IMG/VR virus record: IMGVR_UViG_2932675082_000001
Location: 13,620-77,619 of that record
Reading direction: 5' to 3' (one strand)
DNA: 64,000 nucleotides
Source of the DNA: a virus
Taxonomy: Duplodnaviria; Caudoviricetes
The notes beneath the pieces were generated by a model. The model worked only from the letters and a program-made list of their open reading frames with translations. It did not search any database and was not told where the DNA came from. A program made the position numbers and the translations under genes. Each line of letters opens with the position of its first letter. Position 1 is the stretch's first letter. This document shows, piece by piece, positions 17,735-26,135 of the stretch.

Positions 17735-18705
17735 GATGCGTTCTCCCAGTCGACGATGGAGTGGTTGGGGCTGTCGGGGTCGTCCTTGGTCCAGAACCCC
17801 TTCTGGATGGCGGCTGCCGACCGTTGTTGCTGTTGTTGTTGCTGGTCAGGCCCGGCAACAACGCCCGCGAGGGGCCGACGGTCGGGGTCGGGGAGTGGGG
17901 GCACATCCCGGAGGTAGATGCCCTTGGAGGGGCCGCGGCCGGGTACTCGGCAGTCGGTGATGGGGATGTTGAGGGTGGTGAGGAGGGCCCGGATGGGGGC
18001 GGTGTCGGCGCCCTCTTCGCCGGTCCATGCGGCGGCGATCTGGACGAGGTGGATGCGGTCGTTCTTGCCGGGCTGGGTGCCGGGCATCAGCTTGTGCAGG
18101 AGGGTGACGAACTGGGCCTGCTCGTCGGCCTCGTCGGGCTTCTTGGTCGCTTGGGTCGCTGCCGGGTGACCGTCCTGTGCCGAGGCGGTCCCCTTGGCCG
18201 GCTCGCTGCGCGGATCGGTGTTGCCGAGGACGAGGGCGGCGAGGACCCAGAGTGTCAGCCCTCCGGCGAGGATGGCCGCGTGGTGGCCGTGGAGCATCGG
18301 CCACACGATGACGGCCGCGACCACTGCGGTTCCGGCGGCTACCAGGAGGGGGCTGGTGGGCCGCTCCCCCTTGAGCTCGTCCAGGGCCTTGGCCCGCTGC
18401 TCGGGGTCCTTGATCTCACCGGCTTTGGCACGGCGGTCCCTCCAGACCGTCAGGGCCTCGGCGTGGCTCGCCTTGGCCTCCTTGTGGCGGGCCTTGAGCG
18501 GGGCCAGCATGCGCCGGTTGCCCCGGCCGAGGGCGGCCAGCGAGATGCCGGCCAGGTAGGGGTGGGTGGGCCGCTCCCCCATGAGTGCTTCGAGCGCGGC
18601 GGCACGTTCCTTGGGGTCCTTGATCTCGCGGGCCTCGGCCCGACGCTCCCGCCACGCGGCCATCGCCTCGGCGTGCTGGGCGGTGGCGTCATCGAGGTAG
18701 CGCAT
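17731..18705 (-). CDS. Membrane protein with duplicated N-terminal helical repeat
   Basis: Two WRxRRAxAxEIKDPxxRAxAL..L.GERPT copies, two TM segments, poly-Q; TGATG coupling. Confidence 0.6.
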   Translation of the reverse strand: MRYLDDATAQHAEAMAAWRERRAEAREIKDPKERAAALEALMGERPTHPYLAGISLAALGRGNRRMLAPLKARHKEAKASHAEALTVWRDRRAKAGEIKDPEQRAKALDELKGERPTSPLLVAAGTAVVAAVIVWPMLHGHHAAILAGGLTLWVLAALVLGNTDPRSEPAKGTASAQDGHPAATQATKKPDEADEQAQFVTLLHKLMPGTQPGKNDRIHLVQIAAAWTGEEGADTAPIRALLTTLNIPITDCRVPGRGPSKGIYLRDVPPLPDPDRRPLAGVVAGPDQQQQQQQRSAAAIQKGFWTKDDPDSPNHSIVDWENAS

Positions 18706-19112
18706 CAGCTCGCCACCGAGTGCAGCAGGGAGGTGAGCAAGCCGACGGGGATTGCCCATAGGCCGGTGGCGGCGCTGAGGATGCCGGGCGCGGCGATCCC
18801 GCAGAGCAAGTCCTTGGGGAAGTTGGGCTTGAACCCGAAGGCGATCAGGATGACGGCGAGAGCCACGGCTGCGGGCCCGATCGTGCCGAAGGTTTCGGAC
18901 TGCTTGGTGAGCGCGTTGGAGAACTCGGTGCTGATCAGGCCGATCTTCTGGAGGGACTGGCCCGCGCTGGCTGAGGCGATGCCGATGACCGCGCCCCAGT
19001 AGAAGACGTGGTGTCCCTTGACGGGCTGGAACTTGCCGCCGCCGCGCTTGTGGGCGATGAGGGCGAGGGTGACGACGAGGAGGATGCCGCCGGCTCCGAA
19101 GGTGCCGAGCAT
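18705..19112 (-). CDS. Small polytopic membrane protein
   Basis: Hydrophobic segments, GGGAG RBS. Confidence 0.6.
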   Translation of the reverse strand: MLGTFGAGGILLVVTLALIAHKRGGGKFQPVKGHHVFYWGAVIGIASASAGQSLQKIGLISTEFSNALTKQSETFGTIGPAAVALAVILIAFGFKPNFPKDLLCGIAAPGILSAATGLWAIPVGLLTSLLHSVAS

Positions 19113-19129
19113 GGTGATGAACTCCCGGG

Positions 19130-19888
19130 TCAGTGGTGGGTGGTGAGGGCGAAGAGGGGCGTGAGGCCGAGGACGGCGATCAGGGCGGAGGCCAGGGGGA
19201 TGCGGACGAGGCACAGGTAGAGCACGGCGGGGCCGCGGACCTGGGTGACTCGGACGTGGCCGCCGCCGCGCATCTTGTGGTCGAGCAGCCAGGCGAGGAC
19301 GACGGCGCCGACACCGACGGGCAGGGGCACGTGGGTGAGGGCTTGGGGCAGGTGCAGGAGGTAGCCGGCGGCTGCGGAGGTGGCGGTGATGATGCACCAG
19401 CGGCGGAACCGCTTGCGACGTTCGGCGTCTTCCTGACGCCAGAGGACGGAGGCCTTCTGGCGGCGGGCGATGGCTTCGCGGCGGTGGCGAGCCCGTCGCT
19501 GCTCCTCGGTCTCCCCCTTGGCCTCGTAGTGGGCCTCGCGTTCGGCGCGTTGGCGTTCGGCGCGTTCCTCGGGGGTTTCGGTGAGGATGGTGCCGACTTG
19601 GTCGCCGAGGCGCTTGGCCAGGTTGTCGGCGAACTCGGAGATCCAGATGCGGGTGGCGGCGTCGGGCTCCCCTGTGGCCTCGGCGTCTACGTCGGGTTCG
19701 GCCTGGTCCTCGTCGGTGACCGTGCCGTCCTGGTCATCGACGGCGGCCTTCGTGAGGTCGACCGGCTTCGGCTGGGGCTTGCTGGCGCTCGGGCTCCAGG
19801 GCCCGTTCTTGCGCCACCACTCTGGTTCGGGCTGGGCGTCGGGCATGCTGGCGGTGGGCGGGGAGGTCGGAGGCGGGGGGATGTTCAC
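19130..19888 (-). CDS. Membrane protein (C-terminal TM segments)
   Basis: GTGA overlap with upstream small ORF. Confidence 0.55.
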   Translation of the reverse strand: MNIPPPPTSPPTASMPDAQPEPEWWRKNGPWSPSASKPQPKPVDLTKAAVDDQDGTVTDEDQAEPDVDAEATGEPDAATRIWISEFADNLAKRLGDQVGTILTETPEERAERQRAEREAHYEAKGETEEQRRARHRREAIARRQKASVLWRQEDAERRKRFRRWCIITATSAAAGYLLHLPQALTHVPLPVGVGAVVLAWLLDHKMRGGGHVRVTQVRGPAVLYLCLVRIPLASALIAVLGLTPLFALTTHH

Positions 19889-19986
19889 CGGTTCCACCCC
19901 TCGTTGCGGGCCAGCTGGCGGATGAAGTACCAGGTCAGTCCCGCGTCCACCAGGAGCAGGCCCAACCAGATCAGTTCCCAGATCAT
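19885..19986 (-). CDS. 33-aa single-TM peptide (MIWELIWLGLLLVDAGLTWYFIRQLARNEGWNR)
   Basis: GGAG RBS; stop overlaps next start; absent from the ORF track. Confidence 0.5.
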   Translation of the reverse strand: MIWELIWLGLLLVDAGLTWYFIRQLARNEGWNR

Positions 19987-20013
19987 GTGTTTCTCCAGTT
20001 CGGGCAGGGCGGG

Positions 20014-20178
20014 TCAGGAGGAGCGCCACCAGGAACGCGGGGGCGGGTCGGCTTCGATGGCGGTCCGTCGGCGGGACTTGGCGTCCATGGCGGCGTTCCC
20101 TTTGCGGTCGGCGTCGCGGACGGCGGCGGCCCGGCGCTGTTGGCGGGAGGTGGCGAGATTGGGGGTGCGGCCGAACAT
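20014..20178 (-). CDS. 54-aa basic peptide
   Basis: TGATG coupling to upstream gene. Confidence 0.45.
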   Translation of the reverse strand: MFGRTPNLATSRQQRRAAAVRDADRKGNAAMDAKSRRRTAIEADPPPRSWWRSS

Positions 20179-21281
20179 CACGCGTACCCGCCGTTTCCGT
20201 TGCGCCGCTCATACTCGGCGCGCTGCTGCTCGGTCTGCGCGGCGGCTTCTTGGGCTGCCTGGGCGGCCTTGCGCTTGGTGAGGGAGATACGGCCGCGGAT
20301 GTAGGCGGTGTCGGCGGCGACGTCCTGCTTGGCAAGGGCGATGGCGATGGCTTCGGCGGGGGTGTCGAGGCCGCCGAGGTGCTCGGCCATGGTGATGATG
20401 GCGTCGGCCTTGGTCATGCCCTTGACCTGCGGCGCATTCGCCGTGCATTCGCTGCGCATCTGAGCGTTGAGGGCGGGCGCGGGGGCGATCGGGGGCCGGG
20501 GTACGCGGTCGAGGGTGACCCTCGGTACGGCGGCGCGTTCCAGTAGCAGGGCGACCTGGGCGGGCGTAACGGTGACCCGGTAGTTGGCGAGGATCTCGGC
20601 GACTTCGGTGTCGGTGGCGCCCGTGTTGAGGGCGGCGACGCGCTGGATGGCGGCGGCGGGGCCGATCTCGGCGAACTCCGCGGCGATGTCGTCCTCGACG
20701 GTGCGGGCGGATGCGGGCGGATGCGGCACGGATGCGCCGCTGGTCACGTGGGTGACGGCGCGCTTCTGGAGCGATTCGGCGGCCTGCTGCGGGGCGAGGA
20801 GCCAGCCCCACAGTCCGTACGCGGGGAGGCGCATCGGAGTCTCGCCGCGGGCTGCGCGGGCCTCGGCGCGGATGGCGGACCAGGACAGGGCCGAGAGGAT
20901 CAGCAGTCCGACGGCGGGGGTGGAGAACATGATCTCGGCGGGGTGTCCGCCGTGGATGAGGTGTGCATGCTGGACGTTGAGGGTGACGCTCACGCCGGCC
21001 ATGCCGAGAGTCGCGAGGATGGCGATGGCGGCGGAGCGTCCGGCCTTGACGGCCTCGGTGGCCTGGTAGAGGCAGCCGAGGCCGACGCCGTCGAACACGG
21101 CGACGGCGAACAGGGCAAGGAACCAGGGGACGCCGTATTGGCGGGCGACGACGTAGAGGGACCAGCCGGCCATGCCCGCGGCGGCCGGGCGGACGATGAG
21201 CATGGCGATGTGCCAGGCGATACGTGCGGGCTGGACGGCGAAGGGCCAGTTGAACCGGCTGGTGTCCTGCGTGGTGGTCAT
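20178..21281 (-). CDS. DUF2637-like membrane protein (spread/transfer-like)
   Basis: Four N-terminal TM helices (AMAGWSLY-like, AVFDG) and a soluble C-terminus. Confidence 0.55.
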   Translation of the reverse strand: MTTTQDTSRFNWPFAVQPARIAWHIAMLIVRPAAAGMAGWSLYVVARQYGVPWFLALFAVAVFDGVGLGCLYQATEAVKAGRSAAIAILATLGMAGVSVTLNVQHAHLIHGGHPAEIMFSTPAVGLLILSALSWSAIRAEARAARGETPMRLPAYGLWGWLLAPQQAAESLQKRAVTHVTSGASVPHPPASARTVEDDIAAEFAEIGPAAAIQRVAALNTGATDTEVAEILANYRVTVTPAQVALLLERAAVPRVTLDRVPRPPIAPAPALNAQMRSECTANAPQVKGMTKADAIITMAEHLGGLDTPAEAIAIALAKQDVAADTAYIRGRISLTKRKAAQAAQEAAAQTEQQRAEYERRNGNGGYA

Positions 21282-21964
21282 GGTGGTGCGCTCCGGGGAT
21301 TCGGGCGTGGCGGGGTGGCCGGGCCTGCTGTTGCGGCGGGCCCGGCCGGTCCGGGAGGGGGTTAGGCGGCGTACGCGAGGTGCCGGGTGAGGGCTTGGTC
21401 GTCGGCCTGCTGGGTGTCGTGGAGACAGTCGAGGCAGACGGGCTGGCCAGCGTGTTCGCGGATCTCGCGGCGGGCGACCGTGTCGAGGCAGGTGCTGCAC
21501 TGCACCTGGTCGACGGCCATCACACGTCCTCGCCGAAGGCGCGCCACGCGGCGGGGCGCGTGGTGGGGTCAGCCCAGTCGAGGCCGATGTTGGGGGCGCC
21601 GAGGAAGGTGGTGGGCGCGGAGGGCTCGGGTTTGCGCAGGTGCGCGGTTTCGGCCTTGAGTTCGGCGGCGAGCTGGGCGAGGTCGTCGGGCTCGGTCACT
21701 GGGGGCCTCCGCTGGGCTGCGGGGCGCGGGTGGTGGCCGGCGCGGGGCGGTAGAGCGTGCTGCTCGGGCAGCTGGAGGTGTTGGTGTCCCGGACGGGGAG
21801 CGGCGGGGTGGTGTCGCTGGTGGGCGCGGTGACACTACGATCGGGCATGGTCCTGTCCTCGTGCTTTGCGGTGGAGGGTGGGACTGGCCCCGGCCATGTG
21901 GCGTCGCAAGCGCCGGCCGGGGCCTTTGTGTTGCTGCAAGCACTGTGAGTGCCGCATTGCCTCC

Positions 21965-21993
21965 ACTGTAGGGGTCCCCTACAGTCAAGGCAA
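21965..21993. promoter_or_regulatory. Perfect palindromic operator overlapping a minus-strand promoter
   Basis: ACTGTAGGGG-T-CCCCTACAGT (21965-21985); TTGCCT-N17-TACAGT on the minus strand. Confidence 0.7.
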
Positions 21994-22018
21994 GCGGCCG
22001 CTACGAGAAGGGGCCGAA

Positions 22019-22321
22019 ATGGGCGAAGAGGAGGTACGGCAGGTGACCGACGCCCTTGAAGCGGTCGAGAAAATCCCCGACCTGGAGGAGCGAGTCCGCA
22101 CCAAGAGCCAGATCATGGCCGACCAGGTGAAGCGCAACCGAGCATGGGCACAGGAGCGCAAGGAACTGATCGAGCGTCTACATGGCGAGGGCCACTCCTA
22201 CCGGGCGATCGCCGACCGTCTGGGCATCAGGCTGAGCACCGTGCAGGACGTGTTCCGTGGCTACACCGGATCGGGTACTACCCGGCCGAAGAAGTCGGCC
22301 GCCGACCCGTCTTCGGCCTGA
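22019..22321 (+). CDS. Small HTH regulator divergent from the membrane-protein operon
   Basis: SYRAIADRLGIRLSTVQDV HTH; GAAGGGG RBS. Confidence 0.75.
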   Translation: MGEEEVRQVTDALEAVEKIPDLEERVRTKSQIMADQVKRNRAWAQERKELIERLHGEGHSYRAIADRLGIRLSTVQDVFRGYTGSGTTRPKKSAADPSSA

Positions 22322-22598
22322 CGCATCCTCGCGCATCACGGCCCCACCCAGCGTCCCGGGTGGGGTCGTTGTCATGCCGTTGACCTGCGGCGCATTCGGT
22401 GCGCATCAGTGCCGCATCCGTGGCAGACAGTATGGATGCCCGTGTGGGTCTCGACGCTGGGGGAGAGTCGGCCGGGGCCGGCATGCCGACCGAGCTGACG
22501 GATCTGGCCGCGGTCGACTATGGGTTCGTCACCGGCTGCTGGCTGTGGATGCAGGCGACTCAAAGGCGCTGTCATCCATCACGTGCACTGAGAACACA

Positions 22599-22636
22599 GC
22601 TGCGCCCCACTCCGAGTCTTCCGAGTGGGGCGCAGC
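22599..22636. terminator. 14-bp GC-rich hairpin between convergent units
   Basis: GCTGCGCCCCACTC-N10-GAGTGGGGCGCAGC. Confidence 0.65.
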
Positions 22637-22642
22637 GGCGTG

Positions 22643-23107
22643 TCAGGTGTTCTTCTTCTGGGACGGCCAGACCTCGTGCTCCCGATCCCACCACACCACG
22701 TGGAAGACATTGTCGACCAGGAACCCGTAGAGGCGCTGCCGGCCGCCGAATCGGAGCCGGGAGATCCGTGTCATGTCGTTGAGCTTCATCTCTGCGAGGC
22801 GCCCCAGTGCTTCCCGGTTCGGAAGCCTGTGCATGTCGTAGTGCTTCCCTGGCTCTTCGCCATTGAAGAACAGCTCTCGGATCGTTTGTGTCTCGACCCC
22901 TGCCAGCTTGTCGAGCAGGAACCCCATCTCCTGTGGTGGCAGCTTGTCGATACCCCAGGGGCCGTCGTTGTCGACGTGCTGAAACCGCCAGCAGATCCGA
23001 TCGCCAGAGTTGCGGGATCCGGGCAGGACCTTGTCGATGTCGCCCAGGGTCTTCTGGGCGGTGCGCTGCGCCGGTAAGCCCGCTACCCGCTTCTTGGTCG
23101 ACTTCAC
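22643..23107 (-). CDS. Putative toxin (RelE-like RNase fold suspected) of a Panacea TA pair
   Basis: GTGA overlap with antitoxin; RLRFGGRQRLYG..FHVVWWDREH. Confidence 0.6.
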   Translation of the reverse strand: MKSTKKRVAGLPAQRTAQKTLGDIDKVLPGSRNSGDRICWRFQHVDNDGPWGIDKLPPQEMGFLLDKLAGVETQTIRELFFNGEEPGKHYDMHRLPNREALGRLAEMKLNDMTRISRLRFGGRQRLYGFLVDNVFHVVWWDREHEVWPSQKKNT

Positions 23108-23559
23108 GAGCCGGTGGCCGCGAGTGCCGCGAAGTAGTCTGCGATCTCCTCGTCTCGGAGCTGCTCGGTGCTTCGCTCTAGTTCCTGTGCGCCGGCGCGG
23201 GTACGCGCCATCTGCCAGGGGCCGGCCTCGTGGTGGCTGGCTTCGGAGAGCTGGTGGGCGCTGTAGCTGCCGAGCTTGTCGAGGACGATGTCGATGGACT
23301 CGCGCTGGTTTGGAGCGAGCCGGTCGGGGTCGCCGGAGATGTCGCCGGCGTCGAGGATGTAGCGCCGCCTGTGATCGGCATACAGGGCAGGAGCGACGGG
23401 CCCATTGGCCCAGGCCTCGAACGGTTCGGGAAACATCGGCTCGTCGTCCCACGCCAGGTGGTAGCCGTACGAGAAGTAGGTGAGCTTCTGGAGCTTCATT
23501 GCGGACATCGGGCCAGCTTTGGCCAGGATGTACGCGGCTACGTCGTGCACGCTTGCCAT
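23104..23559 (-). CDS. Panacea/SocA-like antitoxin (DUF4065)
   Basis: MKLQKLTYF...FEAWANGPV signature. Confidence 0.85.
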   Translation of the reverse strand: MASVHDVAAYILAKAGPMSAMKLQKLTYFSYGYHLAWDDEPMFPEPFEAWANGPVAPALYADHRRRYILDAGDISGDPDRLAPNQRESIDIVLDKLGSYSAHQLSEASHHEAGPWQMARTRAGAQELERSTEQLRDEEIADYFAALAATGS

Positions 23560-23675
23560 GTCTCGGCCTCCCCTTGAAGTTCTACCCTCACCTTAGCCTG
23601 GCGCTCCTGGCCGGCCGAGGGGGTTGGTCGGTCGAGTGTGCCGTGTACCACTGACAATCCCGGACACGGCCGGGC

Positions 23676-24092
23676 CTAGCGGCCGTCGCCCGAGAGGGTC
23701 TGGTCCTTGGTGGTCGCCAGCCCTGCGGCGAGGGCCTCAATGGAGGCGCGCAGCAGCGGCAGTCGATCGTCGGGCACGCCCCATCGCTGGCCAAGCTCGG
23801 CCGCGAGGTCGACCGCGGGTGCCGTGGTGGGCGCGCCGATGTCGCTCTGATCCATGATCCCCGTGCCGATCAGGAGGTCCGCGACGGACACCCCGACGGT
23901 GCGCGCGATGGCTTTAAAGTGCTCCGGGCTTGGGATGCTCGCGCCGTCGAGCCAGCGCCCGACCGTACTGCGTGAGACGTCGCATGCGTCGGCGAGGCTG
24001 GCGCGGCCGCCTCCTCGCTGGCTGTCGACGTCGAGGCCGGCGGTGCGCATGGCTTGCTTGAGCCACGCGGCGAAGCGGGGGGCTGAGGTCAT
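23676..24092 (-). CDS. XRE-family repressor (internal switch)
   Basis: LADACDVSRSTVGRWLDG HTH. Confidence 0.8.
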   Translation of the reverse strand: MTSAPRFAAWLKQAMRTAGLDVDSQRGGGRASLADACDVSRSTVGRWLDGASIPSPEHFKAIARTVGVSVADLLIGTGIMDQSDIGAPTTAPAVDLAAELGQRWGVPDDRLPLLRASIEALAAGLATTKDQTLSGDGR

Positions 24093-24257
24093 GGCGGCCT
24101 CCGTGGGTTGTTCCGGTTAGGCAAATGGTCGCATGGATGCAATCTCTGGCGCGCGGACGCCGCTCAATAGATTCCATTCGCGGCTTTAGTTGCGTGAACG
24201 GCACTTAGTGCTTAGGCTGGAAGCACCAGAGACCACACTTCTCCGGAAGGCCCTCCC

Positions 24258-24491
24258 ATGGCTCACCGACTGAACGCCGACAGCCTCCGCAAGGTGGCCG
24301 CCCGCGCAGGAGACACCACCGACTACCGCATCGCGAAGCGCTCAGGGCTGGCCCGCGCCACCCTCTCGCGCCTCGTCAACGGCCGCGTCGAACCCTCGGT
24401 CACGAACGTCATGCGACTCGCAACGTGCTACGGCGTCACCGTCGAATCGCTGCTGCGCCCGTTCGACTCCCCGGCCAACCTCGCCGCCTGA
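24258..24491 (+). CDS. Cro-like XRE protein (internal switch)
   Basis: IAKRSGLARATLSRLVNG HTH, divergent from the repressor. Confidence 0.8.
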   Translation: MAHRLNADSLRKVAARAGDTTDYRIAKRSGLARATLSRLVNGRVEPSVTNVMRLATCYGVTVESLLRPFDSPANLAA

Positions 24492-24822
24492 ACGAAGAAG
24501 GGCCCGGTGCGCTAACACCGGGCCCCCACACCACCGCGCCCGCCAAGCCCGGAAAGCCGAGGGCGCAGAACTGGAGCATCACCATGATGGCACCTTCCAT
24601 CGCCATGCCCAAGACCAGGCCCACCCCCGTCGCGCTCACGCCGGCCCTGCCCGACGACGCCGCCTGCCCGATGCGCATCCACCGCATCCCCGAGGGCATC
24701 GTCGCGGCGTACTCCGAGGCGCAGCTCGACCGGTCCTCCGCCTGGCAGCTCCTCGTCGACCTGTTGCGCGACACGCTCGGCGAGCTGCTCGACGTCACCC
24801 CCGACTTCGCGGCGGTGGCCCA

Positions 24823-25020
24823 GTGACCGAACTCGCCGCCCTCCCCGACAGCACGTACGGCGCCGCGGCCCGGATCGCCGCGACCGCCGATGACGCCCGC
24901 CAGCTCGGCTTCGAGAACGTCGAGACCCGCTACGAGCCGCAGACCGGCTACCACACCGTTTCCGGTGAGCTGCCGGCCGAGACGGCGCAGCGGACGGTCG
25001 ACCGGATCCTCGGCCGCTGA
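24823..25020 (+). CDS. Small hypothetical protein
   Basis: GTGA overlap; followed by hairpin. Confidence 0.5.
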   Translation: MTELAALPDSTYGAAARIAATADDARQLGFENVETRYEPQTGYHTVSGELPAETAQRTVDRILGR

Positions 25021-25029
25021 ACGCCTCTT

Positions 25030-25064
25030 GGGCCGCCCCGTGTTGGGCGGCCCCATTCTCTTTC
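25030..25064 (+). terminator. Intrinsic terminator before initiator gene
   Basis: GGGCCGCCC-N6-GGGCGGCCC followed by ATTCTCTTT. Confidence 0.6.
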
Positions 25065-25130
25065 ACCTTCACGTCCAGCTGGAGATGCCGTGTACCTGCG
25101 TACCCCCGTTGCCGCGTCGGCGGTGGCCTG

Positions 25131-26135
25131 ATGGGGATCCGACTGATGGTCGAGGTGCTGGACCACTGGCAGGACGCCGGCCTGACCGCGGGGGAGCGGT
25201 CGGATCTTCTCGTTGTGGCGGAGAACGCCAACGAGGTGAGCCGGGAGACCGTCGGTCCCATGCATGAGCCGTACCTGCTGAAGCGGGCGGGTAAGTCGTC
25301 GCCGGCGGCGTGGCGGAATGCGCTTGGCAAGCTGATGAAGAAGGGCGTGTTGGAGTACGCCGTTCATGACGGCCGTGAGATGTCCGGCTTTCCGGGGCGG
25401 TGGGCGGTGTACCGACTCGTGGAGCTGTGCGCCGACGGTCCTCACGATGGTCTTCATGGCGAGTGCAGTCGTGGGGAGCGGGTCACCTCTCAGGTGACCC
25501 AATCCACGTCCGACGAGGCTCCATTGGGTCACCTCTCAGATGACCCAATCGCCGAAGCGGGTAACCCCACAGGTGACCCTTTCGGGGAAACGGGTCACCT
25601 CTCAGGTGCGAACGGGTCACCTGACAGATGCGAACGGGTCACCTCTCAGGTGACCCCTAACCCTCTAACCCCTCTTACCCCTCCCTCCCTACCGCCCGTC
25701 GGCGACGATCAACCGCCGGGGCGGGAGGGTGGGGGGACCGCCTCACGGCGGCACAACAACCCCGCCGCGTACAACGCCCTCGCCCGGATCGCCGCCAAGC
25801 ACCCCCAGCTCGCCCTCGGCGAGACCGAACTCGCCGACCTCGCCCCGCTCGCGGAGTCCTGGCTGGAGCGCACCACCGAGATCCGCATGGAGCTCGCCGT
25901 CACCGCCGGCCTACCCGATCAGGTCGTCAGCCCCGCCGGGTTCCTCCGCAGGCGCCTCGTCCAGAAGCTCCCCCCGCTGCTGCAGACCGTCCCCGACGAG
26001 GAACGCTGCGGCCGGCCGAACTGTGACCCGATCACCCACATGATCACCCTCCCCGACGGCGACCAGGCCTACTGCGCCGTCTGCCACCCCACCGGGCGCG
26101 CGATCGCCCGCCGAGCGCAAGGAAGTGCCGCATGA
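25131..26135 (+). CDS. Putative replication initiator (lambda O-like organisation)
   Basis: N-terminal wHTH-like region, internal iterons, coupled to dnaB. Confidence 0.7.
   Translation: MGIRLMVEVLDHWQDAGLTAGERSDLLVVAENANEVSRETVGPMHEPYLLKRAGKSSPAAWRNALGKLMKKGVLEYAVHDGREMSGFPGRWAVYRLVELCADGPHDGLHGECSRGERVTSQVTQSTSDEAPLGHLSDDPIAEAGNPTGDPFGETGHLSGANGSPDRCERVTSQVTPNPLTPLTPPSLPPVGDDQPPGREGGGTASRRHNNPAAYNALARIAAKHPQLALGETELADLAPLAESWLERTTEIRMELAVTAGLPDQVVSPAGFLRRRLVQKLPPLLQTVPDEERCGRPNCDPITHMITLPDGDQAYCAVCHPTGRAIARRAQGSAA
25480..25656. repeat. Six 21-bp iterons, consensus GGGTCACCTCTCAGGTGACCC
   Basis: Copies start at 25480, 25526, 25559, 25592, 25614 and 25636. Confidence 0.85.

Noticed and set aside
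17822-17845. CAA/CAG repeat as a contingency locus
   Set aside because: In-frame mixed-codon poly-Gln in a linker; length change would not shift the frame
25480-25656. CRISPR-like palindromic repeats
   Set aside because: Gaps of 1-25 bp are too short and irregular, and the array lies in a coding gene before dnaB; iterons fit better
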